Source: Bdellovibrionales bacterium
Lineage (GTDB): Bacteria; Bdellovibrionota; Bdellovibrionia; Bdellovibrionales; JAMPXM01
Direction: 5' to 3'
Assembly: GCA_043739185.1 (NCBI GenBank)
Contig: JAYUEN010000386.1
Span: 64,001 to 128,000 of the forward strand
DNA: 64,000 nucleotides
Below are positions 48,911 to 58,786 of the stretch, piece after piece. The first letter of the stretch is position 1; every line of letters starts with the position of its first letter. The notes beneath the pieces were generated by a model. That model was not told the origin of the DNA. It made no database searches and was given only the letters and a program-made list of their open reading frames with translations. The position numbers were made by a program, and so were the translations under genes.

Positions 48911-50625
48911 AAACTTAACTCGCTTGTTGCGGGCGCAATTAATTCTAATAAATTATTAAAAGTTGAAGCCACTTGCATCGCTACGTTTGGTCCATCTTTA
49001 CTGCCAACTTTCTCAATCTCACCATTAGCCTTGTAGGTGACATTGATTGAGCCCAATTGGGGTCGGGTGATAACCGAGGGCTTACTAAATTTTTCATCGT
49101 ACTTAATCAAGACTTCTTTTTTAGCTTGGTCAATGATAGTGGCAATTCGCCCCTTTGAATCGTAACTAAGGCGAACATTTTGTCCGTCAGAATTTGAGGC
49201 CGCGACTAAGTTTGCTTTGGTATCGTAAGAGAAAATAGTATCGCGCTTACGTTCAATTTTCTTTCCGTCTTGGCTGTAAAATTCGGTGGCAACTTTCGAA
49301 ACTTTATTGAATTGGTTTTTATATTCGAAACTCATATGTACATTGTCTGTGGATTTCTCGCGAATGAGTCCGTTCGGATAGTAGGCGAAGTTGGTGACGG
49401 TACCATTACGCCGAATCGTAGTGGGTCTTCCGAAATCGGGATGGTAAGTGACATCTAGGCTTTCGCTATTGGTGCGAGTCAAGGCTCTCGCCAAAAACTT
49501 TCGGCCGTCCGAACGCTTTTTGTGCCAGAATTCAAAACGCGCTTGATTGGTAATTTCTTTTCCACACTTTTTTATTGCCGTTGACCAAAAATGATCTCGC
49601 GGTTCATTTTTATCTACTTCGTACGAATAACTTTCAAGACAGGCAACGCCACCTTTGGGAACACGATCTGCAAAACTCATTACCCAGGCATTCTTCTTGT
49701 CGTAGGTTAATGCTTTAAAAGTTTTATCTGGAAAATTAATTTTGGTAAGATTGTGAACGTCATCGTATTCGTAAGTATAATCATTTCCCCAACGATTATT
49801 CACTTTCACAAGATCCTCGCCCTTATACTCATAAAGAGCGCGAATTTTTTCACCGTTTAAATTGGGGCCGGCAATTTCTGTAACGCGTTTATTTTTGTAA
49901 GTTAAAGTAAGCTTTCGATTGGTGCTGTCTTGAACTTCTTTTAATTGGTCACCTTGATAAACCAATTTGAGATAATTTGCATTTTTATCAAACATAAAGG
50001 TGAGACGGCCGTTGGTATCAAACTTTTGTTGTGTGCCGTCGGTGAGGGTTCTCACATAGTAAGTGCCATCAAAAATAATTTTATCGGTCTCGCTGGTTTC
50101 AGAAATATAAGTCACACCTTTTTTGATCTCAGGAATGGCGATCCCGACTTGCTTTGAAAGCTGAAGACGTTGCGAGGCATTGGTAAGAAGTTGTGCTCTT
50201 AAGTCCGCAATATATTGGGGCGTAGCAATCGAGGCAGGTTTTTCTTTTTTCACGCGATCTAAGATTTGTTCTACTACTTTTTTTGAGCCCTCATTGTCCT
50301 GTTTTCCTGAGATAAAAACCGTTTCTTGGCCGGCGCCGCAAACTTGAAGTTTGATGCTGCCTTCTGCGGTCTTTTCAATTGATGTTTCGAAATCAGTACA
50401 CCAGCCGTAGCCCAAAATTCCGGTAAAGTTGAAGCGACTACTATAGGTCCTGGTTACCTTTAAGTCATAGGCAGTTGAGCCCGGTAGACTTAAGTCCAAA
50501 AACTGATCGACATAAGCGGCATTTTTCATATCAACCACCGCATTTGCAGTTGGCAATGAAAGTAAGCTAAAAATAAAACTCAATAGCTGAAGCTTTCTTC
50601 TCAAATCAACGTTCAACTTTTGCAT
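48907..50625 (-). CDS. Secreted RHS/YD-repeat protein (Bd0109-like)
   Basis: RTYSSR..GILGYGW N-terminal motif; YD/YE repeats; signal peptide; follows tadB. Confidence 0.85.
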   Translation of the reverse strand: MQKLNVDLRRKLQLLSFIFSLLSLPTANAVVDMKNAAYVDQFLDLSLPGSTAYDLKVTRTYSSRFNFTGILGYGWCTDFETSIEKTAEGSIKLQVCGAGQETVFISGKQDNEGSKKVVEQILDRVKKEKPASIATPQYIADLRAQLLTNASQRLQLSKQVGIAIPEIKKGVTYISETSETDKIIFDGTYYVRTLTDGTQQKFDTNGRLTFMFDKNANYLKLVYQGDQLKEVQDSTNRKLTLTYKNKRVTEIAGPNLNGEKIRALYEYKGEDLVKVNNRWGNDYTYEYDDVHNLTKINFPDKTFKALTYDKKNAWVMSFADRVPKGGVACLESYSYEVDKNEPRDHFWSTAIKKCGKEITNQARFEFWHKKRSDGRKFLARALTRTNSESLDVTYHPDFGRPTTIRRNGTVTNFAYYPNGLIREKSTDNVHMSFEYKNQFNKVSKVATEFYSQDGKKIERKRDTIFSYDTKANLVAASNSDGQNVRLSYDSKGRIATIIDQAKKEVLIKYDEKFSKPSVITRPQLGSINVTYKANGEIEKVGSKDGPNVAMQVASTFNNLLELIAPATSELSL

Positions 50626-50661
50626 GGAATGGCCTCCGGGCGCGCAACAAAGAAACTTTCT

Positions 50662-51540
50662 TTATACATTTATTTTAACAATTTTTTTGATCATTAAGCC
50701 ACCAGTAATTTGGAGACCCAACATTATAATCAAGGCAAAAACTCCAGGTACCGTCGTGAAAAGCGGGCGAATGTAACCGGGATCGGTCAGCGCAAATACC
50801 AACAACATGATAAACGGGACCAAAGTAATAATAATTCCTTGCATGAGGGACTGCGCGGTCAAAGCTTCGATTTTTCGCTCGACCTTTTGACGTTCACGAA
50901 TCGTACTGACAATAGTCGAGAAGGTTTCACCCATATTTCCGCCGGCTTCGTCCAAAATATTAATAGCAGTCGTAAACATGACAACATCGGGACGCGGAAT
51001 TCGAAGCGCAAGTTCATTTAGTGCCTGAGATTGGCTTTGCCCTAAGAGATTAATTGATTTCAGCATATCGCCAAACTCTTGGCTCATAGGAGGAGGTAGA
51101 TTCAATCGTACGCGCTCCATTGACTGCACCGGGCTTAGTCCTGCTTTAATTCCATTGGCCATAAGCGTGAGGCCGTCGACCATTTGATCGACAAAGCGTG
51201 AACAACGCTTTTCGTAAAGAGACATCATCACCATTTTAGGAATCGACCATCCCGCAATCGTCACAGCTCCGCCAAAAATGAGTCCAACTATTAGATTGGG
51301 CCACATTGCTATGAAAAATAAAAAACCAATTCCGAAACTACAGAGTAACATCGTTATGGTAATTTTCTTTTCATCGACTTCGATATACATGAGACGCATC
51401 AGTCGAATTACTTCTTCGCGCTGGCCGAGGCTTCGCCGTTTAAGCCAGTCAATGACTCGCTCGTTATAAATAAATGACAATATGAAAACACTGATACCAA
51501 CAAAAGGGATAACAAACCAGTCCTGCGAAAAAACATTCAT
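50662..51540 (-). CDS. tadB: Tad pilus platform protein TadB
   Basis: MANGIKAG, PPMSQEF, GGNMGETF, LTAQ. Confidence 0.88.
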   Translation of the reverse strand: MNVFSQDWFVIPFVGISVFILSFIYNERVIDWLKRRSLGQREEVIRLMRLMYIEVDEKKITITMLLCSFGIGFLFFIAMWPNLIVGLIFGGAVTIAGWSIPKMVMMSLYEKRCSRFVDQMVDGLTLMANGIKAGLSPVQSMERVRLNLPPPMSQEFGDMLKSINLLGQSQSQALNELALRIPRPDVVMFTTAINILDEAGGNMGETFSTIVSTIRERQKVERKIEALTAQSLMQGIIITLVPFIMLLVFALTDPGYIRPLFTTVPGVFALIIMLGLQITGGLMIKKIVKINV

Positions 51541-53777
51541 GTTCCGCCTCCTGAAGCCTTTTTGAGTGGTGGAGTGCTTACGGTCTGAGTTTGTGAATTG
51601 GGTTTGGCAGTCCCAACTGTTGGTGCTGCGTTTGCGGCCTCATTGGTAAAGAGGCCCTGAGGAATCGAATTGCCATTTTGTTGACTCTCTTGAATGAAGC
51701 GTGGCACGAGACCAGCGGCAGCAAAATTTCCGGTAATTTTGCGGTTGGCATCGACACCTTTACGTTTGAAATCAAAGACATCTTGTAAAGTGACGACATC
51801 GCCCTGAATACCTTCAACACATTTGATACTCATAATTTTGCGGGTGCCGTCTGAAAGCCTTGATATTTGCACAATCACATTAACAGCATTGGCAATTTGT
51901 TCGCGAATTGCCTTGGCAGGTAGATCCATGCCTGCCATTAAACACAAAGTCTCAAGACGCGAAACGGCCTCTTTAGGAGAATTCGCATGAAGTGTCGTCA
52001 TTGAACCATCGTGACCAGTACTCATTGCCGATAGCATATCGAGGGCTGCGCCATCGCGGCACTCACCCACGATGATTCGTTCAGGACGCATTCTCAAAGC
52101 ATTTTTAACAAGATCTCGAATGCTCACTTGGCCTTTGCCCTCCATATTGGTGGGTCTGGATTCAAGTCGTACGACATGTTCTTGTTTGAGTTGCAATTCG
52201 GCAGCGTCTTCAATCGTAATCACGCGCTCATTTGAAGGAATGAAACTTGAAAGGGTATTGAGTAAAGTTGTTTTACCTGAGCCCGTACCGCCCGAGATAA
52301 TAATATTACGATGAAGTTGCACACAGATTTTTAGGAACTCCATCATATTGGCGGTTGCGGCGCCCCAGTCTTTTACATAATTGTCTGGCGTCACAGCTTT
52401 TTTAGAAAATTTACGAATTGTTACCGATGCTCCGTCAATGGCCAGGGGTCGAATGATGGCATTGACTCGACTGCCATCTCTCAGGCGAGCATCGACGTAA
52501 GGGCTACTTTCGTTGATCTGTCGACCCAGAGGATCGACGATGCGCTTGATCACATTCATTAGCGAATCTTCAGAGGTGAAAGTGATCGGGCTGGTTTGAA
52601 CAATACCTTTTTTCTCGACAAAAATCTTTTTAGGACCGTTCACCATAATTTCAGTAACCGAAGGATCGGCGAGCAGAGCTTCGAGAGGGCCAAGACCCAC
52701 GGCCTCATTGACGACTTCATCAATAATGGCAGAGCGCTCTTCGCGTCCAATGCCTGCAGCTTCGCGATCTATAATTTTTGAAATCACCGCAGTGGTTTTA
52801 AGAACCAGGGCGCGTTCTTTTTCTGGATCGTTTCCAAAGCCGGTGGTATCGCCCATTGATTTTCGTAGTTCAGAATCTTTCAATAATTCAGCGTGAAGTG
52901 AAAGCTTGATCGCAGTTCTTGCGTCTACATTTTTATTTGCACTCGTCGGCCGGGCACTTGAACTCTGCACTTCAGGAGCTGAGTCTCTCGCAAATTTCAA
53001 CTGTTGAGGGCGTGCTTGCGCCTTTAGGGTTTGCAAAACGCCGCCAGTAAGCCGCCTTACGATATCGGCGTGCGCTCGTGATATTGGGCTTTGAGGTGCT
53101 GCAATCACAAATGGATTCGAGCGTTGAACAGAACCTGTCGCTGTCAAATCATCTTGCGGAATGGTGCCGACCATTTGTTTGCGAAAAGTTTTTTCAATGG
53201 CATCGGTTGGTAAGCCACTTGGACCGGTTTTATTCAGCACAAACTGAATCATATCCGTCGGCACGGTGGCCACCATTAAATCATTTACCAGTCTCATGGT
53301 CTGATTGATCGCTAAAACTTCTGGGGTCGTAACACACAATAAGACAGTAGCTTTTTCAACAATTGACATTTGCAGAGGGCCCAAATTGGAGCCCAAATCG
53401 ATAACTATAAAACGATAAAAATTTGAAAGACCTTCGAGTTGCTTCACAACGGTTTCAGGATTAACATTTAAAACTTCGTCGCGAGATTTTACAGCGGCGA
53501 TAAAACTGAGACCTTTCGGATGTGGAGTTATAATACTAGCAAACATTTGCGGATTGAGCGCACCAGTATATCCAACTAGGTCTGAAATGGTTTTGACTTC
53601 CTTTAGACCCAAAATCATATTTTGATCACCACAACTCTGCGAATCCATATCGATTAATAAAGTTGGAATTTTGAGTTCAAGAAATGAAAGGGCTAAGTTG
53701 GCGGCAAATACACTTTTGCCGACGCCACCCTTGCCGCCGGTGACTGCGATGATATGCGTATTGGGATGAACTGCCAT
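51537..53777 (-). CDS. tadA: Fused CpaE/MinD-like domain plus TadA/CpaF ATPase
   Basis: N-terminal GGKGGVGKS; C-terminal GGTGSGKTT, TIEDAAEL, LRMRPERIIVGECR, TGHDGS. Confidence 0.92.
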   Translation of the reverse strand: MAVHPNTHIIAVTGGKGGVGKSVFAANLALSFLELKIPTLLIDMDSQSCGDQNMILGLKEVKTISDLVGYTGALNPQMFASIITPHPKGLSFIAAVKSRDEVLNVNPETVVKQLEGLSNFYRFIVIDLGSNLGPLQMSIVEKATVLLCVTTPEVLAINQTMRLVNDLMVATVPTDMIQFVLNKTGPSGLPTDAIEKTFRKQMVGTIPQDDLTATGSVQRSNPFVIAAPQSPISRAHADIVRRLTGGVLQTLKAQARPQQLKFARDSAPEVQSSSARPTSANKNVDARTAIKLSLHAELLKDSELRKSMGDTTGFGNDPEKERALVLKTTAVISKIIDREAAGIGREERSAIIDEVVNEAVGLGPLEALLADPSVTEIMVNGPKKIFVEKKGIVQTSPITFTSEDSLMNVIKRIVDPLGRQINESSPYVDARLRDGSRVNAIIRPLAIDGASVTIRKFSKKAVTPDNYVKDWGAATANMMEFLKICVQLHRNIIISGGTGSGKTTLLNTLSSFIPSNERVITIEDAAELQLKQEHVVRLESRPTNMEGKGQVSIRDLVKNALRMRPERIIVGECRDGAALDMLSAMSTGHDGSMTTLHANSPKEAVSRLETLCLMAGMDLPAKAIREQIANAVNVIVQISRLSDGTRKIMSIKCVEGIQGDVVTLQDVFDFKRKGVDANRKITGNFAAAGLVPRFIQESQQNGNSIPQGLFTNEAANAAPTVGTAKPNSQTQTVSTPPLKKASGGGT

Positions 53778-53783
53778 GAATTC

Positions 53784-53810
53784 TTATCGGTATCAAAATG
53801 AAATTCTTGA
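53784..53810 (-). promoter_or_regulatory. Sigma-28 (FliA)-type internal promoter for tadA
   Basis: TCAAG-N14-ACCGATAA; the -10 box ends 6 nt before the ATG. Confidence 0.7.
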
Positions 53811-53950
53811 AGAAAAGGCTTGCGATTTTAATGATTTATTAGACCAAAGGCAGTAGGAGTTTTCAGGCAGCAGCGACCGACAGCCGTTTGCGGTCACAGT
53901 TTCTGCCACAGTCACAGTTTTTCAGAATTCAGTTTGCCCGACCCCGGTAG

Positions 53951-55570
53951 TTAGTCTCTCAAACGAAACTTTTGTTTGATCTTCTCGGCCCCTTGGCTAG
54001 CTGAAGATTTAATAATCGGAGTTACAAATACCACGAATTGACTTTGGTCGTGTCTGAAGGCCTTTGAAGCACTTAAATTGAAAATTGGATTTGCAGAGCC
54101 GCCCGCGGGAGCCCGATTGTAATCGGTTCCGGTCTTATTTGAAACCAAGCCTGCTACGGCAGCGCTTTGTCCACTTCGAATGCTGATGACAGTGCTCACC
54201 ACATTGGTTGCAACATTTGGTGCGCCTCCAACTCCGATCGAAACCACTTCACTCATTTCAAAATCGAGATTGAGATTGATATTATCGGACCTGGCGTTTG
54301 CCAATTTTGGCGTAATATTCACTTTTAATCCGACGTCTTTATAAGCGGTCGTCGTCGTTTGATTAGGGCCTTGCTGCGAGTAGGGATATCCGGTAGTACG
54401 ATTTAAAATTCCCTTAGATCCATCTTGAATTAAAATTTCAGTACTTTCTAAAACTCGCGAATGGCTATGATTCTTAGACCAATTCAAACGTGGAATTAAA
54501 TTAGATACTGTTCCTGAAATTGTGCTAGCAGTTCCGCCAGCAGAAGAATTGGACATCGTAAAGCCGATTCCTGAAGCGTCTGCAAAGCCAGGTGCCCAAC
54601 TGAATCCGAAGTCTTTAGCATATTCCTTTTTCAATTCGACAAAATGTACAACGAGCTGAATTATTTTCGCTGCCGGCTTTTCAGGGGCCGCTTTTATGGT
54701 GATAAGATTGATTACCGGAACGGTTTTTGCTGCCATCGTAAGACCGTCTTTTTGGGCCTCGAGAGGAACGAGATCAGGAATATAAGTTTGCGCAATGGTC
54801 ATTGCCATTTCTTTTTTGTCTGCACTCTCGACTTCTCCGTCAAGAATGAATTTGCCGTTCACAGTGCGAACGTGAACCGTGGTAATACCGATGGCTTCTT
54901 CCATGATCTGTGCAATTTTTCTTTCAGCTAAAGGTGAAAGTGTAACTAATGTTGAAGCTTGTCCTTCAAATTGTTTAAGAACAGAATGAATACGATTGAT
55001 TTCTTTTGGTAAAAGAACTTGGCCATCGATTACGACACGGTTGTTTACAATTTTAATAGTGATGCCATCAATATCTTTTAATAGAGACTGAATATCCTTT
55101 GCTACTTTGGTGAGATCAGATTTTTTTACATCTAAGCGATATTCCTTGATGACTTTATTACCTTGGCGAACTGTTAAAGTTGCGACTCCAAGCTTATTGG
55201 GCGTGAATCTTAATAAACCAGAACTACGATCAATCCCAACTTTAGTTACCTTTTTATAGTCTCCAGAAAATTCAGCATCATCTGGTAAATTGGGAATTTT
55301 CTCTTGCGACTCAATACCAATGAAAAGTGAAATATATTTGATTTCTTTATTGAATGATTTGTCTAAGGCATCTTTTGACAAATGATCGACTTCATCAGGC
55401 TCTGCTTCAGTCTGAGCCTCAGTCGTCTTTTGTTGGGCAAGTGCTGTTGTAACCCCTGCACAGAGTAGCAATGTGAGTACTAGTTTTGTGAACAAAGGCC
55501 AAATGCTTGCCCATTTGGTCGACCAAAAAGATGAAGCGAGTCGCATTTTTTTAATCCAATTTGTTTTCAC
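53951..55570 (-). CDS. cpaC: Tad secretin CpaC/RcpA with BON-like domains
   Basis: VVIDGQV/FILDGEV segments; VHFVE; DVGLKVNITP; GQSAAVAGL; FVVFVTPII. Confidence 0.85.
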   Translation of the reverse strand: MKTNWIKKMRLASSFWSTKWASIWPLFTKLVLTLLLCAGVTTALAQQKTTEAQTEAEPDEVDHLSKDALDKSFNKEIKYISLFIGIESQEKIPNLPDDAEFSGDYKKVTKVGIDRSSGLLRFTPNKLGVATLTVRQGNKVIKEYRLDVKKSDLTKVAKDIQSLLKDIDGITIKIVNNRVVIDGQVLLPKEINRIHSVLKQFEGQASTLVTLSPLAERKIAQIMEEAIGITTVHVRTVNGKFILDGEVESADKKEMAMTIAQTYIPDLVPLEAQKDGLTMAAKTVPVINLITIKAAPEKPAAKIIQLVVHFVELKKEYAKDFGFSWAPGFADASGIGFTMSNSSAGGTASTISGTVSNLIPRLNWSKNHSHSRVLESTEILIQDGSKGILNRTTGYPYSQQGPNQTTTTAYKDVGLKVNITPKLANARSDNINLNLDFEMSEVVSIGVGGAPNVATNVVSTVISIRSGQSAAVAGLVSNKTGTDYNRAPAGGSANPIFNLSASKAFRHDQSQFVVFVTPIIKSSASQGAEKIKQKFRLRD

Positions 55571-55609
55571 AGTTCAATCACTCGTTTCTCTCTTCTTTAG
55601 AAGAGAAAA

Positions 55610-56539
55610 TTATAAATTTTGAAAAGTTCCTCGTTTATGTTTTGGAGCAGTAACTGGCGCCGTTTTTGGTTGTACGGATGCCGGCATCGGTTGCACTGGT
55701 GCCGTTGGCGCTACCACAGCTACGCCCACTTGCGCAGCTGAGGGAGCGGTTGGCATAAAAAACTTTCCTTTTCCCAAGACATCTTCAACGGCAATCGATT
55801 TTGCCATACTCACAATTTTGTCCGTAGGATTGCGAAGTGCTACAAACAAAGCCCCTGGCGACGTTGATAGAATATAAATTAAGATTTGTGCGTCTTCAGG
55901 TTTTGCTTCGATTGTGACATTAGTAAAATTAGTACTGCTATTGAGATTATATTGTATAATTTTTTTTCCATCGGCATCGAGCTCCTGTCTTCTGGGAAGG
56001 TTATTTACAATATTTAAACCGGTTGCAAGAATCGGGACGTCTTGCATGATCACTCGCACTTCGCGGTGAGTGTCTTGGCCTTTTCCGGAATCTATGGCTG
56101 CAATCAAATCGATTCGATCACCTGGTTTTAATAGATGAGAAACCCCTCGCATATCATCTATCGGAATATTGATTGCACGCTTGCCAGGTGAAACTTCAAG
56201 AGACAGGCCGGTTTCAGGACCAGGCAAAAGAAGCTTGGTTTGCAAGATTTGCTCACCTTTTCGAATCGGAGCGACCGCAACTTGGCCGACGGCAACATTG
56301 ACGTCATTCATGGCTTCAGGCTGAATAAAATCACCTGGTAAATCGGCAAGCTCGAGTTTGGATTCGTTAATGGTCTCCATCTCGGCAATGTCTTCGGTAG
56401 CACGTACGACCCGTTTGGTTGCGCCCAGAGTTTTGTGAACCTGGGTTTTTTGATCTTGCGACCAACTATATAAAAGTAAAACGGATAGTAGGGCGAGACC
56501 TACTGAGATCCACAGTGTGCGCGATTCATTTGTGTTCAT
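55610..56539 (-). CDS. cpaB: Flp pilus assembly protein CpaB
   Basis: SAF domain; GKRAINI..GVSHLLKPGDRID; ALRNP. Confidence 0.92.
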   Translation of the reverse strand: MNTNESRTLWISVGLALLSVLLLYSWSQDQKTQVHKTLGATKRVVRATEDIAEMETINESKLELADLPGDFIQPEAMNDVNVAVGQVAVAPIRKGEQILQTKLLLPGPETGLSLEVSPGKRAINIPIDDMRGVSHLLKPGDRIDLIAAIDSGKGQDTHREVRVIMQDVPILATGLNIVNNLPRRQELDADGKKIIQYNLNSSTNFTNVTIEAKPEDAQILIYILSTSPGALFVALRNPTDKIVSMAKSIAVEDVLGKGKFFMPTAPSAAQVGVAVVAPTAPVQPMPASVQPKTAPVTAPKHKRGTFQNL

Positions 56540-56554
56540 ACTTTGCTCCCTGTA

Positions 56555-57079
56555 CTACCGGCAACTCGCATTCATGCAAATGCCATAGGCGACCTTAATC
56601 CACGCTGGATTAACGCCATCTTGGTTGTCATATCGCTTACCTGATACTAAATTGGCTTCATTACTAATTTGTAGATGAAAGTTTGCGTCTCGATTTGTCG
56701 CATTTAAAACTTTACCCATTGAAATCGCACGCTCAGAGGGTTGGATTTCCCCGGCATCAGCGTATTCACTCACAGTAAAATGCAATCGATAATTGGTTCC
56801 TTTTTTGGTGGTCGTATTGGTATAGCTATCCAAACTATCTAGCGCGCCAATACCAAAAGGGTCTGAATCTCTTAAATAACCTAAGTGAGTACGATGCCTA
56901 AAAGTTTCAAATGCATAATTGCGCGAACCAATCGATTGTAAAATTCCGGTGTGAATGATTCCAAAAACGCCAAGAGTAAAGCCGACCATGAGAGTAAAGC
57001 AAATCATGAGCACTAAAGCCTCAATGCTTGAGAAGCCTTGCTGAGAGCTTAAAATGTGAGGTGCCTTTTTAGCAGCCAT
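56555..57079 (-). CDS. TadE-like minor pilin
   Basis: QG-FSSIE prepilin site followed by a TM segment. Confidence 0.75.
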   Translation of the reverse strand: MAAKKAPHILSSQQGFSSIEALVLMICFTLMVGFTLGVFGIIHTGILQSIGSRNYAFETFRHRTHLGYLRDSDPFGIGALDSLDSYTNTTTKKGTNYRLHFTVSEYADAGEIQPSERAISMGKVLNATNRDANFHLQISNEANLVSGKRYDNQDGVNPAWIKVAYGICMNASCR

Positions 57080-57701
57080 TGTCAGATATCCTCACATAAG
57101 AATTTATAAAATTGGGAATCATATCGTAACCAGTATTCACGGTCTTATTTCTAAGAAGAGTGGCGCGATTGCCATTGAAAGCCAGGCATTCAGTTTGCGT
57201 CGGCTCTCGAATGAGATAGCTTGAAACTTGGGTTTTGAAACCCTCACCGGCATTGGTGGTCTTGGTTCGTCCAAAAAATGGAATGCGAAAATCGAGCAGC
57301 CGGATCGTCAGCGGAATTTCGACACCCATGAAAAACTCTGGGCTCCCTTTGGCATTTACGCTTGAATCACTGACAACAACTTTTATAAGATTTCGACCCA
57401 CGCCGATGGTAAACCAATTTTGATTTAGAAATTTGGCCAATTTATTCTCGACAAGACTAGCTGCTTTTGCCTGCGCATTTGCGGTCTGAGTGCCGGTACT
57501 TATATCTGCGGACATAAAGGTTCGAGAGCTGGCAAAGGCTACATATTGTACGATCTCAACGACAGTCAAAGAGTAAGCCAAGGCAAAAAAGATCATAATA
57601 AAAGCAAAAGACAATAAAAAACCAAAAAGAAAATCAAGCGAAATAAGTCCGCTATTCGATTGAAGTAAATTTGAGTTTTGAAGCCGTAATTTAAACATCA
57701 A
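57069..57701 (-). CDS. TadE-like minor pilin
   Basis: SG-LISLD prepilin-like site, TM segment, FASSR. Confidence 0.7.
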   Translation of the reverse strand: MMFKLRLQNSNLLQSNSGLISLDFLFGFLLSFAFIMIFFALAYSLTVVEIVQYVAFASSRTFMSADISTGTQTANAQAKAASLVENKLAKFLNQNWFTIGVGRNLIKVVVSDSSVNAKGSPEFFMGVEIPLTIRLLDFRIPFFGRTKTTNAGEGFKTQVSSYLIREPTQTECLAFNGNRATLLRNKTVNTGYDMIPNFINSYVRISDNGC

Positions 57702-57713
57702 GTACTTTTCTTT

Positions 57714-58019
57714 CTATTGTTTCAAGGCCGACTCATTTTGATCAAAAACCGGGTTCGGAAAATGCTGACTATCTTGCTTAGAAGAATGTCGGCTACGTGC
57801 ATTCGGATTGAAAGCATGGCTAGAAGTCGACTTCATCCAAACGCCATCCCGAACCATACCATCCACATAGTCCCAAGGCCCTTCAATTATAGATGCGAAG
57901 AAATCATTAGTAGAAAAAGATTTCGAAATGGTTAGACTCACGGCCAAAAAAATGGTGATCAAAAGCACGGCTTCGACCGTTGCTTGACCGCGTTCATTCT
58001 TTTTCAAAGTCCACTTCAT
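57714..58019 (-). CDS. TadE-like minor pilin
   Basis: RG-QATVE prepilin site. Confidence 0.78.
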   Translation of the reverse strand: MKWTLKKNERGQATVEAVLLITIFLAVSLTISKSFSTNDFFASIIEGPWDYVDGMVRDGVWMKSTSSHAFNPNARSRHSSKQDSQHFPNPVFDQNESALKQ

Positions 58020-58032
58020 AAAAAAACTTTCA

Positions 58033-58554
58033 TTAAAAAATCTGCAAATGCAGACTCTCGAGTTTTAAATAGGTCATCCAGCCAAAAAAAATGGGAACCG
58101 TAAATGGCATCGCTTGAAGTTTGAGTCCTCGATCATTTGTGAAAAGCAAAATATTTTTGAGATTCGCTAAATAGGTCTTGAGGCTGCCGTTTATGCAAAC
58201 CAAAGTCAGACCCCAAATCGCGGCCCAAACAAACGAAAAAGCCAAGACTTGAAAAGTGATATGACCTCCGGCGAGCAGACCAAAAACGGTCAAGAGCTTC
58301 ATATCGCCGGCGCCAAGCCATCCGATTAAAACCAAGGGAAGACTGAGGCCAAGAGCTGCGAAAAATCCCAAAAGATGTTTTTGCCAAAATAGCTCAGGTG
58401 ATAAGAGCGCACATGCGATCAATGCCAAACCAAATGCTGTTAAGACCAGCCAATTGTGAACCTTACGTGTGAGAAAATCATCGACCACACCTGCAAGCAA
58501 CACCGCACTTGCAGCCCAATTGAGAAATGAAATATTAAAAACTTCAAAGTTCAT
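58033..58554 (-). CDS. cpaA: Prepilin peptidase CpaA/TadV (A24)
   Basis: DDFLTRKVHN, LGAGDMKL, MPFTVPI; start moved to MNFEV. Confidence 0.88.
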   Translation of the reverse strand: MNFEVFNISFLNWAASAVLLAGVVDDFLTRKVHNWLVLTAFGLALIACALLSPELFWQKHLLGFFAALGLSLPLVLIGWLGAGDMKLLTVFGLLAGGHITFQVLAFSFVWAAIWGLTLVCINGSLKTYLANLKNILLFTNDRGLKLQAMPFTVPIFFGWMTYLKLESLHLQIF

Positions 58555-58561
58555 AAGCTTC

Positions 58562-58786
58562 CTATTTGAAACTTCCGGTATTGGCATTGTTAGGTGGCTT
58601 TTTCCATTGAATGCCGTTTCCGCTAGCGTCAATAAATCCGTCACCAGTCATTAAATTTCGCTCAATGCGCGCGGCCAATCTCGGAGCACTTGTGGGGAAG
58701 AAGCCTTTGCTTCCAAAGTCACTCCACATCGTGCTGAGAAAAAGAAAAACGCTAAGTGCAAAAAGTAAAATAACTTCAATGGTCAT
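58562..58786 (-). CDS. Small pilin-like protein coupled to flp
   Basis: MTIE plus hydrophobic helix; ATGA overlap with flp. Confidence 0.6.
   Translation of the reverse strand: MTIEVILLFALSVFLFLSTMWSDFGSKGFFPTSAPRLAARIERNLMTGDGFIDASGNGIQWKKPPNNANTGSFK

Noticed and set aside
48907..50625. RHS protein as a polymorphic toxin with a downstream immunity gene
   Set aside because: Short, has a Sec signal, and lacks the DPxG cleavage motif and a toxin tip; hit-locus context fits better
53860..53945. Resemblance to a c-di-GMP-I riboswitch (GGGCAAAC...GCAAA...GCTGCC, minus strand)
   Set aside because: Spacing and stems do not fit the aptamer; no GAAA-capped stem in the right place
55589..55606. TCTCTTCT/AGAAGAGA inverted repeat between cpaB and cpaC
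   Set aside because: Weak AT-rich stem with a 2-nt loop and no U-tract
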